Assembly: GCA_018302265.1 (NCBI GenBank)
Contig: JAGVZV010000009.1
Coordinates: forward strand, 1 to 37,152
DNA length: 37,152 bases
Direction: 5' to 3'
From: Candidatus Woesearchaeota archaeon
GTDB taxonomy: Archaea > Nanobdellota > Nanobdellia > SCGC-AAA011-G17 > JAFCDX01
Shown: one piece after another, positions 25,468 to 33,755 of the stretch
Layout: each line of letters opens with the position of its first letter
Position numbering within the stretch: position 1 is the first letter of the stretch
Translations under genes and position numbers: made by a program
The notes under the pieces: model-generated
Seen by the model: the letters and a program-made list of their open reading frames with translations, nothing else
Told to the model about the DNA's origin: nothing
Database searches by the model: none

Positions 25468-28400
25468 CTAACTCACCTCTTTACCGAATGTTCTTCTCTT
25501 GACCTCTTTTTTTAGTTCTTCTTCCCAGCCAAAAAATATTTTTTTACTGTCTAAAAATCCGTATTTTTGAAGAATCTCATCAGATATTTTGTGGAATAGA
25601 TCATTGAAGTAGATAACATTTACTGCTTCTAACAGATCAGGCATATCTAATTTTTTTGCATAATCAACTATTGTTTCTTTAATCTTTGCCCTTAGCAAAA
25701 TATTCTCCCAGACCGCGCCCCAATTACCAGCCCATTCTTTTATATTGGATGCTATTGATTTTACTATTTCTGATTCTCCGTTAATCAAAGCGTCTGTTGG
25801 CTGCAATGAATCAGTTTTTGCATCATATTTCATCAGATCAACAAATCCGTTTTCTGCCAGCGGATCATTCTCCCAGTTTTTCCTTACTTCAGTTATCTGC
25901 GTAACTCTTCTCCATCTGTGCAATCCATCAGGAGATTTTATTGGATTTGCAATTACAATAATATCAACTGCCTTGAAGCTTGTTCTTGGAACTTTTAAAT
26001 CATTAACAATTCTATCAAAAACACCATAAGGGCTATCGCCATGAATTGTTCCAGCAACAACATTTGCAAGAGCACCAACGCGCATTGCCTCGAATAATGC
26101 CAAGGCTTCTAAACTTCTAATTTCTCCAACAATCAGGGAGGAATCTCCTAATCTCAAGCTTGTTCTTATGCCCTCATCAGCAGCAAGTTCAGCACCAGCT
26201 CCTGCCAGAGCAGCACGAACCTTAAGTGGCTGTATATTATACCCCATTTCTCTTAATTTTTCTGTGCTTAATTCCATAGTATTATGCGCTATTATATTTC
26301 CTGTTAAGAAACTCTCACATTCTGGAACTGAAATGTCATAAACATAATCATTAAAATTTTCTATCTTTTCAATATCTCTTACTTCGTCCCAGAATATGTC
26401 TGAATTAGCGAGTATCTTAAGATTTTCAAGCAGGGGGTGTTCTATACAATTTTGTTGCAACATTTTGGAAAATTTAGATCTTCCAATATTACAATTACCA
26501 TGGATATAACTTCTATAATTAAAATCCTTAATCATTTTTTTCATATCTTTTCTATTTTCTAAACTTAAGGGGATTATATCTGTAGAATCATGGGTAGATG
26601 TCTTATTTGCCAGGTTATCTAAACTTTTGTTTTTATAACCTTGCAAGAATCCTATTTCTTTGAATAATTTAATAAATTTGTTAGAACTGATTGAAGAATT
26701 ATGGGTTTTATCCTTTCTAAAGTGAGTTATTCTGCTAATTATTCCGAATCTTAATAATAGTGTTTGAACGTCTTTTAGCATATTTAAAGAAGACAGTGCC
26801 AGCATTATTTCGGATTTTGATACGTGGCCATCTCCACTAAATAAACCCTTTAAAATATATTTTATTTGATCATTAGTTAAAGAAAAAACCCAGTTAGGAA
26901 TTCTTTTTGTATAAGCATCCCCTTTTAATTCTAAAACTTCTCTTAAGACATGTTTAAAGGTAACAGAATTTATCATTAAAGAAAATTTATCTGAATGCAT
27001 TTTAACTGGAAAATCTATATGATTTGCCAAGTTATAAATAATTTTTCTTTCTTCTTCAGTCACGGAAGAGAATATTATAGATTTTGAATCGTAACAACCA
27101 TCTGCTAACCACAACCCTATAAGGGTAAGCAAATCTTCAGTTATATCCATTTTTATAGGAATGCCCCTGGAATTACCCCTTATTTTTATGTATGCATCAG
27201 TTATTCCATTAATATTATACCCTAATGCTTTAAGGTCTTTTAATATTTTTATTGGAATAATTCCCTTTCTAAACCATCTAGATATTAAAGAGCGGTTATG
27301 TTTGTACTCTTTCCCTAGTTGTTTAATTTCATGATGGTAATTTTTTATAATTTCTTTAATATTTCCTCCATATACATAAGCTATTTCAAATTTATCTAGA
27401 TAATTTAATAAATTTATTTCTTTTAATTCCTTCCCTATAATGGGCAAAGATCTGGGTGTTGCTATAAAAGTACCTTTTTTAATTTCATTCACTTTAATTT
27501 CTGAAATTTTTGCTTCTGGGTTCAATCCAAGCAAAGAATGGTCCCCTGTTACTTTTATTTCCCTTCCAGTTCTTGTAATTATTTTATAGACTGGTTTGTT
27601 GACTTTGTGCCTGATAAATTTAGATATTTTCGCCGGCATTATTTTTCCTTCTTTGTTCATGGATAAAATTGCTATATCATTTTCATTACCCAAAATTTCG
27701 TGTCCGCTAAGATTGTACCAACAACCATTTTTTTCAATCAGAGAATCTATTAAATTTCCTATTGTATCTCTTTCCCATAAATTATTTTTTTTGACTATAA
27801 CTTCTGAATCTCCAGTAACACTATCTTCAACAGTAATTACCCTATACTTTCTCATTATTTCAAGCAGGCACGAATCAAGCAGCGACGTCTTTCCAGACCC
27901 ACGAGTTCCAGCTATCAGTAACGTCCTTGCACCATCTATTATGAAACTGAGCAATCCTGCACCAAGTGGAGATATCATTTTATTGTCCATAAACAATGGA
28001 AGTGTCCATGGCTTATCACGATGTCTTCTTAAAGCAAATCCCAATCCATACGGATTTAATGGCTTGGAAATAATTGCAATTCTTGCCCTTGAATTTGGAA
28101 GGATTAATTCTGTATCCAGAACAGGATTTGCCTCATCCAGGGGTCTTCCACTCAATAATCTAAATTTGGTTGCCCAGGATTCTCCATCATCAACGCTCGG
28201 GAAAATGTTAGTAACACACTCCTCGTAATCAGAATGCACCAAGAATATTGGATTCTGTCCTATGGGTCCGTTTATTGAAATATCCTGCACTTTAGGGTCA
28301 TTTAATAACGTTTCAATCAAACCAAAACCAACAGTGTAACGCACCAGAATTTCTGCTAACTCCTCAATCTCTTTGTAGGATATTTCTATATTCTGATGCG

Positions 28401-29316
28401 AGGCTAATTCAGTGATTAAATCACGACCTATGTTAAAAAATGTTTTCCTCATTCTTTCCGGGTCAACAAATTCCTCTGCTTTTGGCTTGTGCTCTGATAA
28501 CACATTTCTAGCAAGATTCAGCAGCATGTATTTATCCTCAGAAATCTTAAACTCAGGAGGATTCAGATGATACAAATATTTTATATCCTTTGGAACCCTG
28601 AATATTGTAACATCTGTTCTTTTATCAATAGAATAAGCATCAATCTCTTCTCCATGCATTGGAGGCTCGGCCATTAATCTGGTGTACATAAAATCAGGGG
28701 TTATTATTGGTCTTAACACTTGTCTGTAAATGGACCTATCACCAAGAGTATAACCTGCTGTATGTGGCATTGCAAGAGCCATTAATTTTGTCTGGTCTAG
28801 ATATACAAGAACTGTCCTTAATAAGTTGATATAATAATCCCTGCATCTTAAACATAATGGAGTTGTTGTCTTCCTTGTAAGAATTGTTTCTTCTCTGACT
28901 AATCTTTTCAATTCGACATAAGCACCAACCGGATCTGTCCTCAACAAATTCAAGATTATATGCTGAATCTGCGCTAATCTCCCCGGAAGACAAACCTGGC
29001 ACTCAAGAGTTGGAGCCATTGCCCCAAGTGTCAGAATCTTTTTTTGCTTTATGAAATGATTGTATATGTTTGCTATTTCTACAAGAACAGATGTCTGGGT
29101 AAAATCATACTCATAATTTTTTCCCATCTGTGAAAAAACAATCCTGGAAACTCCGGAACTCTGGGCTAAGAAATCAATGGTCTTAGACATGCACATGCTG
29201 CTATCTTCTATAGAGGGAGAATAGGGATAATTATTATAATTAACCCACATCACCTCTTCATTACCCTGCTTAACTATTTCATAGTCTCCGGGTTTTGTTT
29301 TCTTAGTGAATAGCAT
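25468..29316 (-). CDS. type II/IV secretion-family ATPase (FlaI/PilB/VirB11-KlbA-like), intein-containing precursor
   Basis: Walker A LIAGTRGSGKTS. Asp-box RVITVED|...|TMEL split by the intein. Walker B LRLGDSSLIVGEIRS. His-box VAGTIHG. N-terminal CxxC...CxxC (ECQVCLPG...LCLRCRD). 768 aa once the intein is removed. Confidence 0.88.
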   Translation of the reverse strand: MLFTKKTKPGDYEIVKQGNEEVMWVNYNNYPYSPSIEDSSMCMSKTIDFLAQSSGVSRIVFSQMGKNYEYDFTQTSVLVEIANIYNHFIKQKKILTLGAMAPTLECQVCLPGRLAQIQHIILNLLRTDPVGAYVELKRLVREETILTRKTTTPLCLRCRDYYINLLRTVLVYLDQTKLMALAMPHTAGYTLGDRSIYRQVLRPIITPDFMYTRLMAEPPMHGEEIDAYSIDKRTDVTIFRVPKDIKYLYHLNPPEFKISEDKYMLLNLARNVLSEHKPKAEEFVDPERMRKTFFNIGRDLITELASHQNIEISYKEIEELAEILVRYTVGFGLIETLLNDPKVQDISINGPIGQNPIFLVHSDYEECVTNIFPSVDDGESWATKFRLLSGRPLDEANPVLDTELILPNSRARIAIISKPLNPYGLGFALRRHRDKPWTLPLFMDNKMISPLGAGLLSFIIDGARTLLIAGTRGSGKTSLLDSCLLEIMRKYRVITVEDSVTGDSEVIVKKNNLWERDTIGNLIDSLIEKNGCWYNLSGHEILGNENDIAILSMNKEGKIMPAKISKFIRHKVNKPVYKIITRTGREIKVTGDHSLLGLNPEAKISEIKVNEIKKGTFIATPRSLPIIGKELKEINLLNYLDKFEIAYVYGGNIKEIIKNYHHEIKQLGKEYKHNRSLISRWFRKGIIPIKILKDLKALGYNINGITDAYIKIRGNSRGIPIKMDITEDLLTLIGLWLADGCYDSKSIIFSSVTEEERKIIYNLANHIDFPVKMHSDKFSLMINSVTFKHVLREVLELKGDAYTKRIPNWVFSLTNDQIKYILKGLFSGDGHVSKSEIMLALSSLNMLKDVQTLLLRFGIISRITHFRKDKTHNSSISSNKFIKLFKEIGFLQGYKNKSLDNLANKTSTHDSTDIIPLSLENRKDMKKMIKDFNYRSYIHGNCNIGRSKFSKMLQQNCIEHPLLENLKILANSDIFWDEVRDIEKIENFNDYVYDISVPECESFLTGNIIAHNTMELSTEKLREMGYNIQPLKVRAALAGAGAELAADEGIRTSLRLGDSSLIVGEIRSLEALALFEAMRVGALANVVAGTIHGDSPYGVFDRIVNDLKVPRTSFKAVDIIVIANPIKSPDGLHRWRRVTQITEVRKNWENDPLAENGFVDLMKYDAKTDSLQPTDALINGESEIVKSIASNIKEWAGNWGAVWENILLRAKIKETIVDYAKKLDMPDLLEAVNVIYFNDLFHKISDEILQKYGFLDSKKIFFGWEEELKKEVKRRTFGKEVS
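26281..27822 (-). mobile_element. 514-aa intein with a LAGLIDADG homing endonuclease domain (ATPase residues 499-1012)
   Basis: N-terminal block SVTGDSEVIV (Ser1). Block B KVTGDHSLL (TxxH). LAGLIDADG motifs LIGLWLADGCYD and ILKGLFSGDGHVS. C-terminal block VYDISVPECESFLTGNIIAHN followed by Thr+1. The exteins rejoin to the conserved VED-TMEL. Confidence 0.88.
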
Positions 29317-29340
29317 AGTCCTCTTTTAAAATACATTAAA

Positions 29341-29348
29341 TTTATATA
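29341..29348. promoter_or_regulatory. shared, near-palindromic TATA element between divergent genes
   Basis: TTTATATA lies 25 nt from the ATPase ATG (29316, minus strand, leaderless spacing) and about 51 nt from the plus-strand ATG at 29399. The latter has a GAGG about 5-8 nt upstream. Confidence 0.4.
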
Positions 29349-29398
29349 CTAATAAGGACTTTTATTAAAAAAGCTTTCGTTTAATCAAAAAGAGGAAA

Positions 29399-29755
29399 AT
29401 GGTACAAGAAGCTGAGACAAGTAATATTCTAGTTGACCTTAACACGCGAATTAGAGTTCTGGAAGAGAAGAACAGCCAGTTAAGGGAAAATTTACTGATT
29501 ATTAATCAAAACATGATTGAGGAATACAAGAGACTGATACAAGAGATAAAAACAATCAATTCTGATCTAAAAGAGACCAGAGAGGATATGCAAAATCTCA
29601 GGGAAATCGCCAAGCATGTAATAAAAGAGAGCGCGGGTTTTGCAAAAAAAGACTCTGTACTGGTTTTAGAAAAGTATATTAATCTCTGGGACCCCATGAA
29701 ATTTACAACAGAAGAGGATGTCCTAAAGATAATGGAACATCAAAAAAGAGCGTGA
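29399..29755 (+). CDS. coiled-coil protein, unknown function (FlaC-like?)
   Basis: 118 aa with heptad-rich sequence (RIRVLEEKNSQLRENLLIINQNMIEEYKRLIQEIK). Ends in LEKYINLWDPMKF. Confidence 0.6.
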   Translation: MVQEAETSNILVDLNTRIRVLEEKNSQLRENLLIINQNMIEEYKRLIQEIKTINSDLKETREDMQNLREIAKHVIKESAGFAKKDSVLVLEKYINLWDPMKFTTEEDVLKIMEHQKRA

Positions 29756-29760
29756 GATAA

Positions 29761-30297
29761 ATGGCTGAAGAAGAGTATAATGAAATAAAAGAGCAAGTTG
29801 GAGAGGAAGTAGAAGCTCCGGCACCAACACAGAATATACCAAGCGGGATGAGGCCATCTCTTATTTCTAAAAGAGCGCAAGCTGCTCCGATTGCTGAGGC
29901 TGGTTTTGAGGCTCCTCAGTTTGAAATGCCCCAGCCAATCACGCCAACGCCAGCAATATCAGGAAGGGCTGATATGGAAACAATAGAGCAGATAGCTGAA
30001 TCAATTGTCAATGAGAAGTGGGAAGACTTAATGTCAAGCGTAGGCAATATTGCCATATGGAAGGAAAAGGTACAGACTGATATTCGCGCAATAAAACAGG
30101 AAATTATGAGGATGGAAGAGAGATTTGAAAATCTGCAAAAAGCTATTCTTGGAAGAGTTGAGGAATATAATAAAACAATATCAACAGTCGGAAGCGAAAT
30201 GAAGGCCCTTGAGAGTGTTTTAGAAAGGATACTGCATCCGCTTGCAACAAATATCAAAGAATTATCAAGAATAACTGAGGATTTAAAGAAAAGATAA
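29761..30297 (+). CDS. coiled-coil protein with an acidic/Pro-rich N-terminus, unknown function
   Basis: 178 aa. C-terminal heptad region AIKQEIMRMEERFENLQKAILGRVEEYNKTISTVGSEMKALESVLERIL. Confidence 0.6.
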   Translation: MAEEEYNEIKEQVGEEVEAPAPTQNIPSGMRPSLISKRAQAAPIAEAGFEAPQFEMPQPITPTPAISGRADMETIEQIAESIVNEKWEDLMSSVGNIAIWKEKVQTDIRAIKQEIMRMEERFENLQKAILGRVEEYNKTISTVGSEMKALESVLERILHPLATNIKELSRITEDLKKR

Positions 30298-30816
30298 TTA
30301 TTTCTCCATTCTTGGAGCAATGAATCTTACTGAGAGTGAAGCTATTATAAGAATAAATATGGCTCCGAGAACTCTTGGGTGGAATAATGTTCTTAGTGTT
30401 TCACTTCCAATTGTTTTTGTTACATTAGATCCTGCGTAAGGAGTGAATATCTCCCCATAAACCTGTGTTATTCCTATAATCAATAATAAAAATGCAATAA
30501 CCATGACTGTCCATATGCTAAGATTGTTCCAGACAACTTGCTTTTCTATCCCCAAAAAAGTCAGCCCCATAAATAGTAATATTAAGAATACAAAAATAAA
30601 AACAAACCATGGAACGATGTAATTAATCAGGTCCACTACTCCTCCGGCAAATAAAGATACCAGTGCAATGGATAGTGCCACAATAAATTTTAATGTTTTG
30701 TTAGTACCCATCCAATCAGTATTATCCAGAATTATATATACCAAAGAAAAAATAAATAAGAATGTAACGAGTGGTAAAAAATGATACAATAATCCGGTAT
30801 CTAATAGTGTTGCCAT
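30298..30816 (-). CDS. polytopic membrane protein, paralog 3 of a tandem triplet
   Basis: 172 aa. The ATG lies immediately after the upstream stop with no gap. Topology matches the two upstream genes. Confidence 0.6.
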   Translation of the reverse strand: MATLLDTGLLYHFLPLVTFLFIFSLVYIILDNTDWMGTNKTLKFIVALSIALVSLFAGGVVDLINYIVPWFVFIFVFLILLFMGLTFLGIEKQVVWNNLSIWTVMVIAFLLLIIGITQVYGEIFTPYAGSNVTKTIGSETLRTLFHPRVLGAIFILIIASLSVRFIAPRMEK

Positions 30817-31362
30817 TTATTGACCAAATAATCTTGTGTACATATCCCTCGGTGTTTGTTGTTGTCCACTACCACCAATATATGCAACTACTACAACAAC
30901 TGTTGCAATAAGTATAATCCACGCCCTATCTCTTGAATCAGGCCTTAACCAGTAAGGAAGATTTAAACTAGTACCGCCAGATAAAGCCCATATAATAGCT
31001 ATTATACATATCACAAGTGCAATTGGTAAAGCCATTCCCTTCCATCCTTCTGTCTTAGCTCCAAACATTCCAGCAATAACTAAAAACATTAAAGACACTA
31101 GAATAAACAAAGAAACCTTTGGTAGGAATGAATTTATTATATAAGTTATCTCGGGCTGTGATACAACTAACAATCCCAATATTAAAGAAATAACTAAATT
31201 AATATTTGTTTTTGGCTTCTCTGTTCCGTGTTCTTTTCCAAATATCATTAATTTTTCAAGTATTGCAAATATTATTGTGAATATCAGCAAGAAGGGAAGA
31301 AGATAATCATAAACTCCCATTGCCTGTAATTCAGCCATTAATGAATAAAAATCTGTTGCCAT
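30817..31362 (-). CDS. polytopic membrane protein, paralog 2
   Basis: Shares YLLPFLLIFTIIFAILEKLMIFGKE...EKPKTNIN with paralog 1. Confidence 0.65.
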   Translation of the reverse strand: MATDFYSLMAELQAMGVYDYLLPFLLIFTIIFAILEKLMIFGKEHGTEKPKTNINLVISLILGLLVVSQPEITYIINSFLPKVSLFILVSLMFLVIAGMFGAKTEGWKGMALPIALVICIIAIIWALSGGTSLNLPYWLRPDSRDRAWIILIATVVVVVAYIGGSGQQQTPRDMYTRLFGQ

Positions 31363-31923
31363 TTACTTATCACCATCCCCTTTCTTATTCCAGGTTATAA
31401 AAAAGATTGCACCAATAATAACTGCCAGCAATATCACACTGGAAACAATAGAACCGCCCCAACTATCCATCACATATTCATAAGCATATTCCAACCATGA
31501 TTGTCCAGAATCTAGTTTTATTGCATACAAGAAGATTATGATAACACCAATTAACAAGAATGCAACAAATGCAGCATAATATCCCGGATGTCCTTCCTTG
31601 AAATTAAACTCTTTTGTTGTTGCAAATGTTCCAATCACCATCAAGAAACTTATACTGATAACTATCAATAAAACAATATTTGGAAGTGCCACCTGAAGCG
31701 CTGTAACAATCTTATTGCTTGCTACAACAAGAAGAGCAATAACAAATGACACCATCGAATTAAGATTTCTTTTTGGTTTTTCTCCTTCCTTCCCAAGTAT
31801 CATTGTCTTTTCTAGAATAGCAAAGACCATTGTGAATACCAGCAGGAATGGAAGCACTACATCAAACAAGCCAAATTTTTGAAAGAACTGTATTGCGTTT
31901 GCTAATGGACTTGGTTCTACCAT
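31363..31923 (-). CDS. polytopic membrane protein, paralog 1
   Basis: VVLPFLLVFTMVFAILEKTMILGKEGEKPKRNLN, 186 aa. Confidence 0.65.
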   Translation of the reverse strand: MVEPSPLANAIQFFQKFGLFDVVLPFLLVFTMVFAILEKTMILGKEGEKPKRNLNSMVSFVIALLVVASNKIVTALQVALPNIVLLIVISISFLMVIGTFATTKEFNFKEGHPGYYAAFVAFLLIGVIIIFLYAIKLDSGQSWLEYAYEYVMDSWGGSIVSSVILLAVIIGAIFFITWNKKGDGDK

Positions 31924-31999
31924 ATTAAAGTATAGAAATCATTAATATATAAAAGTTATGCTTTGACTTTTGGGTGCAATAATATAAAAATAAGGAAAT

Positions 32000-32287
32000 T
32001 TATTCCTCTACTGTCGCTTGTGCTCCCTCTTCCTCTTCAATGGTCGGGATTGCATTCCTTGATATGATCATTATGTTATCAATGGATTTAACCAATTGAT
32101 GCGGGACTATAACTCCCTTAGCTCCCCCAAGCATCTTGTTTAAAACAGAGCCTTTTGTTGATTTTATTTTCCAGCCTGATATTTTGTTGTCCACGAGCAC
32201 ACTTTCTTCTACTATGCCAAAGAAAGAACCCTCATCAGTGTAAACACTCATATCATAAACTTCACTTACATTTTTAGTCTTTAACAT
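32000..32287 (-). CDS. PRC-barrel domain protein
   Basis: 95 aa with a PRC-barrel-like pattern (VYDMSVYTDEGSFFGIVEESVLVDNKISGWKI ... VIVPHQLVKSIDNIMII). Confidence 0.6.
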   Translation of the reverse strand: MLKTKNVSEVYDMSVYTDEGSFFGIVEESVLVDNKISGWKIKSTKGSVLNKMLGGAKGVIVPHQLVKSIDNIMIISRNAIPTIEEEEGAQATVEE

Positions 32288-32352
32288 GTTAGCCCTCCTT
32301 TAATGGCTGTTCTAGCAAAACTATTTAAGTTTATATAATTTTCTCTTTTTGA

Positions 32353-33039
32353 ATGATATCTTACAAGAATATAACAATTCTGGGGACATCCCATATCTCA
32401 ATAGAAAGCGTAAATGAGGTGGAATCAGCTATCAGGAGCATTAACCCGGATGTGGTTGCTCTTGAGCTGGACAGGAAGAGGTTTAATGCCTTATTTTCAA
32501 ATAAAAGAAGGATTTCTGTGTGGGATATCAGGACAATAGGCATCAAGGGTTTCTTATTCAATCTCATAGGATCTTTTGTTGAAAAAAAACTCGGAAAAAT
32601 GGTAGGAGTATCTCCTGGAAGCGAGATGAAAAAGGCAACTTTGGTTGCAAAGGAACTAAAATGCAATATTGCACTTATTGATCAGGATATCAGCATCACT
32701 CTTAATAACATATCGAAGAGATTAACATTCAAGGAAAAGATGAATTTCTTTTTTGACTTGTTAAAGGGAGTGTTCAAGAGAGAAAAAATTAAGTTTGATC
32801 TCCATAAGGTTCCCAGCAGGGAGATAATAAAAAAATTAACCAATAAAGTCAGGAAAAGATACCCAAATGTCTATTCTGTCCTGGTTGATGACAGAAATAA
32901 GTATATGGCAAAGAATTTATATAAGTTAATGCTATCATATAATAAAATAATTGCGATAGTTGGCGCAGGTCATGAGGAAGACCTGGTAAAAGAGATAAAA
33001 ATATGGGAATCTTCAATGAAAAAGAGGGCAAGTACATAG
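32353..33039 (+). CDS. TraB/PrgY family protein
   Basis: ITILGTSHISIESVNEV, DVVALELDRKRF, GSEMKKA and IIAIVGAGHEEDL are typical TraB motifs. Confidence 0.75.
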   Translation: MISYKNITILGTSHISIESVNEVESAIRSINPDVVALELDRKRFNALFSNKRRISVWDIRTIGIKGFLFNLIGSFVEKKLGKMVGVSPGSEMKKATLVAKELKCNIALIDQDISITLNNISKRLTFKEKMNFFFDLLKGVFKREKIKFDLHKVPSREIIKKLTNKVRKRYPNVYSVLVDDRNKYMAKNLYKLMLSYNKIIAIVGAGHEEDLVKEIKIWESSMKKRAST

Positions 33040-33755
33040 CGCTGACAATCTTTATTCTAACCATAGTATTCGGGTTTAATGACGGAACAGAGACATTTGA
33101 ATTATCACACTGGATAAATAATTTATTTTTGGTGCTGATTGTTGTGGCCATATCATTCTTGCTGGCGCACATAATGCATAGGCTGGTTGCAAAAAAGTTC
33201 TTTGCTAAATCAACATACGATCTCTGGATTGTTAAGAGATTTGGATTTTCTCCACATATGAAAGCGAGGTTAATGAAAAAGGAGCTTGCTGTTCCTGCAG
33301 GAATACTTTTTCCGGTCCTGTTTGCGATAATGTCAAATGGATTGTGGTACCTTCCACTGGTTGGAACTTACAATCTCATAGAGGAAAAGGCAAAAAGAGC
33401 AGGAAAGATATTCATCAAGATTAGCGGATATGAGAGAGCAATTACTTACCTTGCTGCTCCGTTCACAAATCTGGTATTATTTTTTATATTTTTGTTCATG
33501 GGGAAAACACTTGGGATGGATTTTGGTTTATTTACAAAGGTTAACATGTGGATGGCTTTGGCTGGTCTAGTTCCAATTCCGGGATTGATTGGAGCAGAAA
33601 TTTTATTTGGCTCGTTATCATTTTACATCTTTGCTGTCTTGTTCTTTGTAATATCAATAATACTTGCTCCCATCAATATAATCTTGGCTATCTTACTTGG
33701 TGTTATACTCGCAATTACAGTTGTCCTTACTTATTTTGTGGGAGTCTCGAAATGA
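33003..33755 (+). CDS. polytopic membrane protein, possibly a degenerate site-2-protease (M50)-like protein
   Basis: LLAHIMHRLVAKKF sits where M50 proteins carry HExxH, and GLVPIPGLIGAEILFGS resembles the NxxPxxPLDGG motif but lacks the Asp. Confidence 0.4.
   Translation: MGIFNEKEGKYIALTIFILTIVFGFNDGTETFELSHWINNLFLVLIVVAISFLLAHIMHRLVAKKFFAKSTYDLWIVKRFGFSPHMKARLMKKELAVPAGILFPVLFAIMSNGLWYLPLVGTYNLIEEKAKRAGKIFIKISGYERAITYLAAPFTNLVLFFIFLFMGKTLGMDFGLFTKVNMWMALAGLVPIPGLIGAEILFGSLSFYIFAVLFFVISIILAPINIILAILLGVILAITVVLTYFVGVSK

Noticed and set aside
25468-25470. Idea that TAG is reassigned (pyrrolysine or a sense codon) in this organism, which would explain the in-frame ATPase-platform continuity.
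   Set aside because: TAG terminates at least five other well-delimited ORFs in the window (stops at 1226, 1649, 2423, 12513 and 13117), and no tRNA with a CUA anticodon was found. Local read-through or a non-canonical start remains possible.
25745-29002. ORFs 25745-26029 (+), 27596-28228 (+) and 28739-29002 (-, alternative frame) inside the ATPase/intein gene.
   Set aside because: They are nested in a gene with unambiguous Walker, intein and LAGLIDADG motifs. These are frame shadows.
33548-33751. N-terminal 68 codons of the 166-aa track ORF.
   Set aside because: This part lies wholly inside the upstream membrane protein gene in another frame. The ATG at 33752, in ATGA overlap with that gene's stop, is the plausible start.
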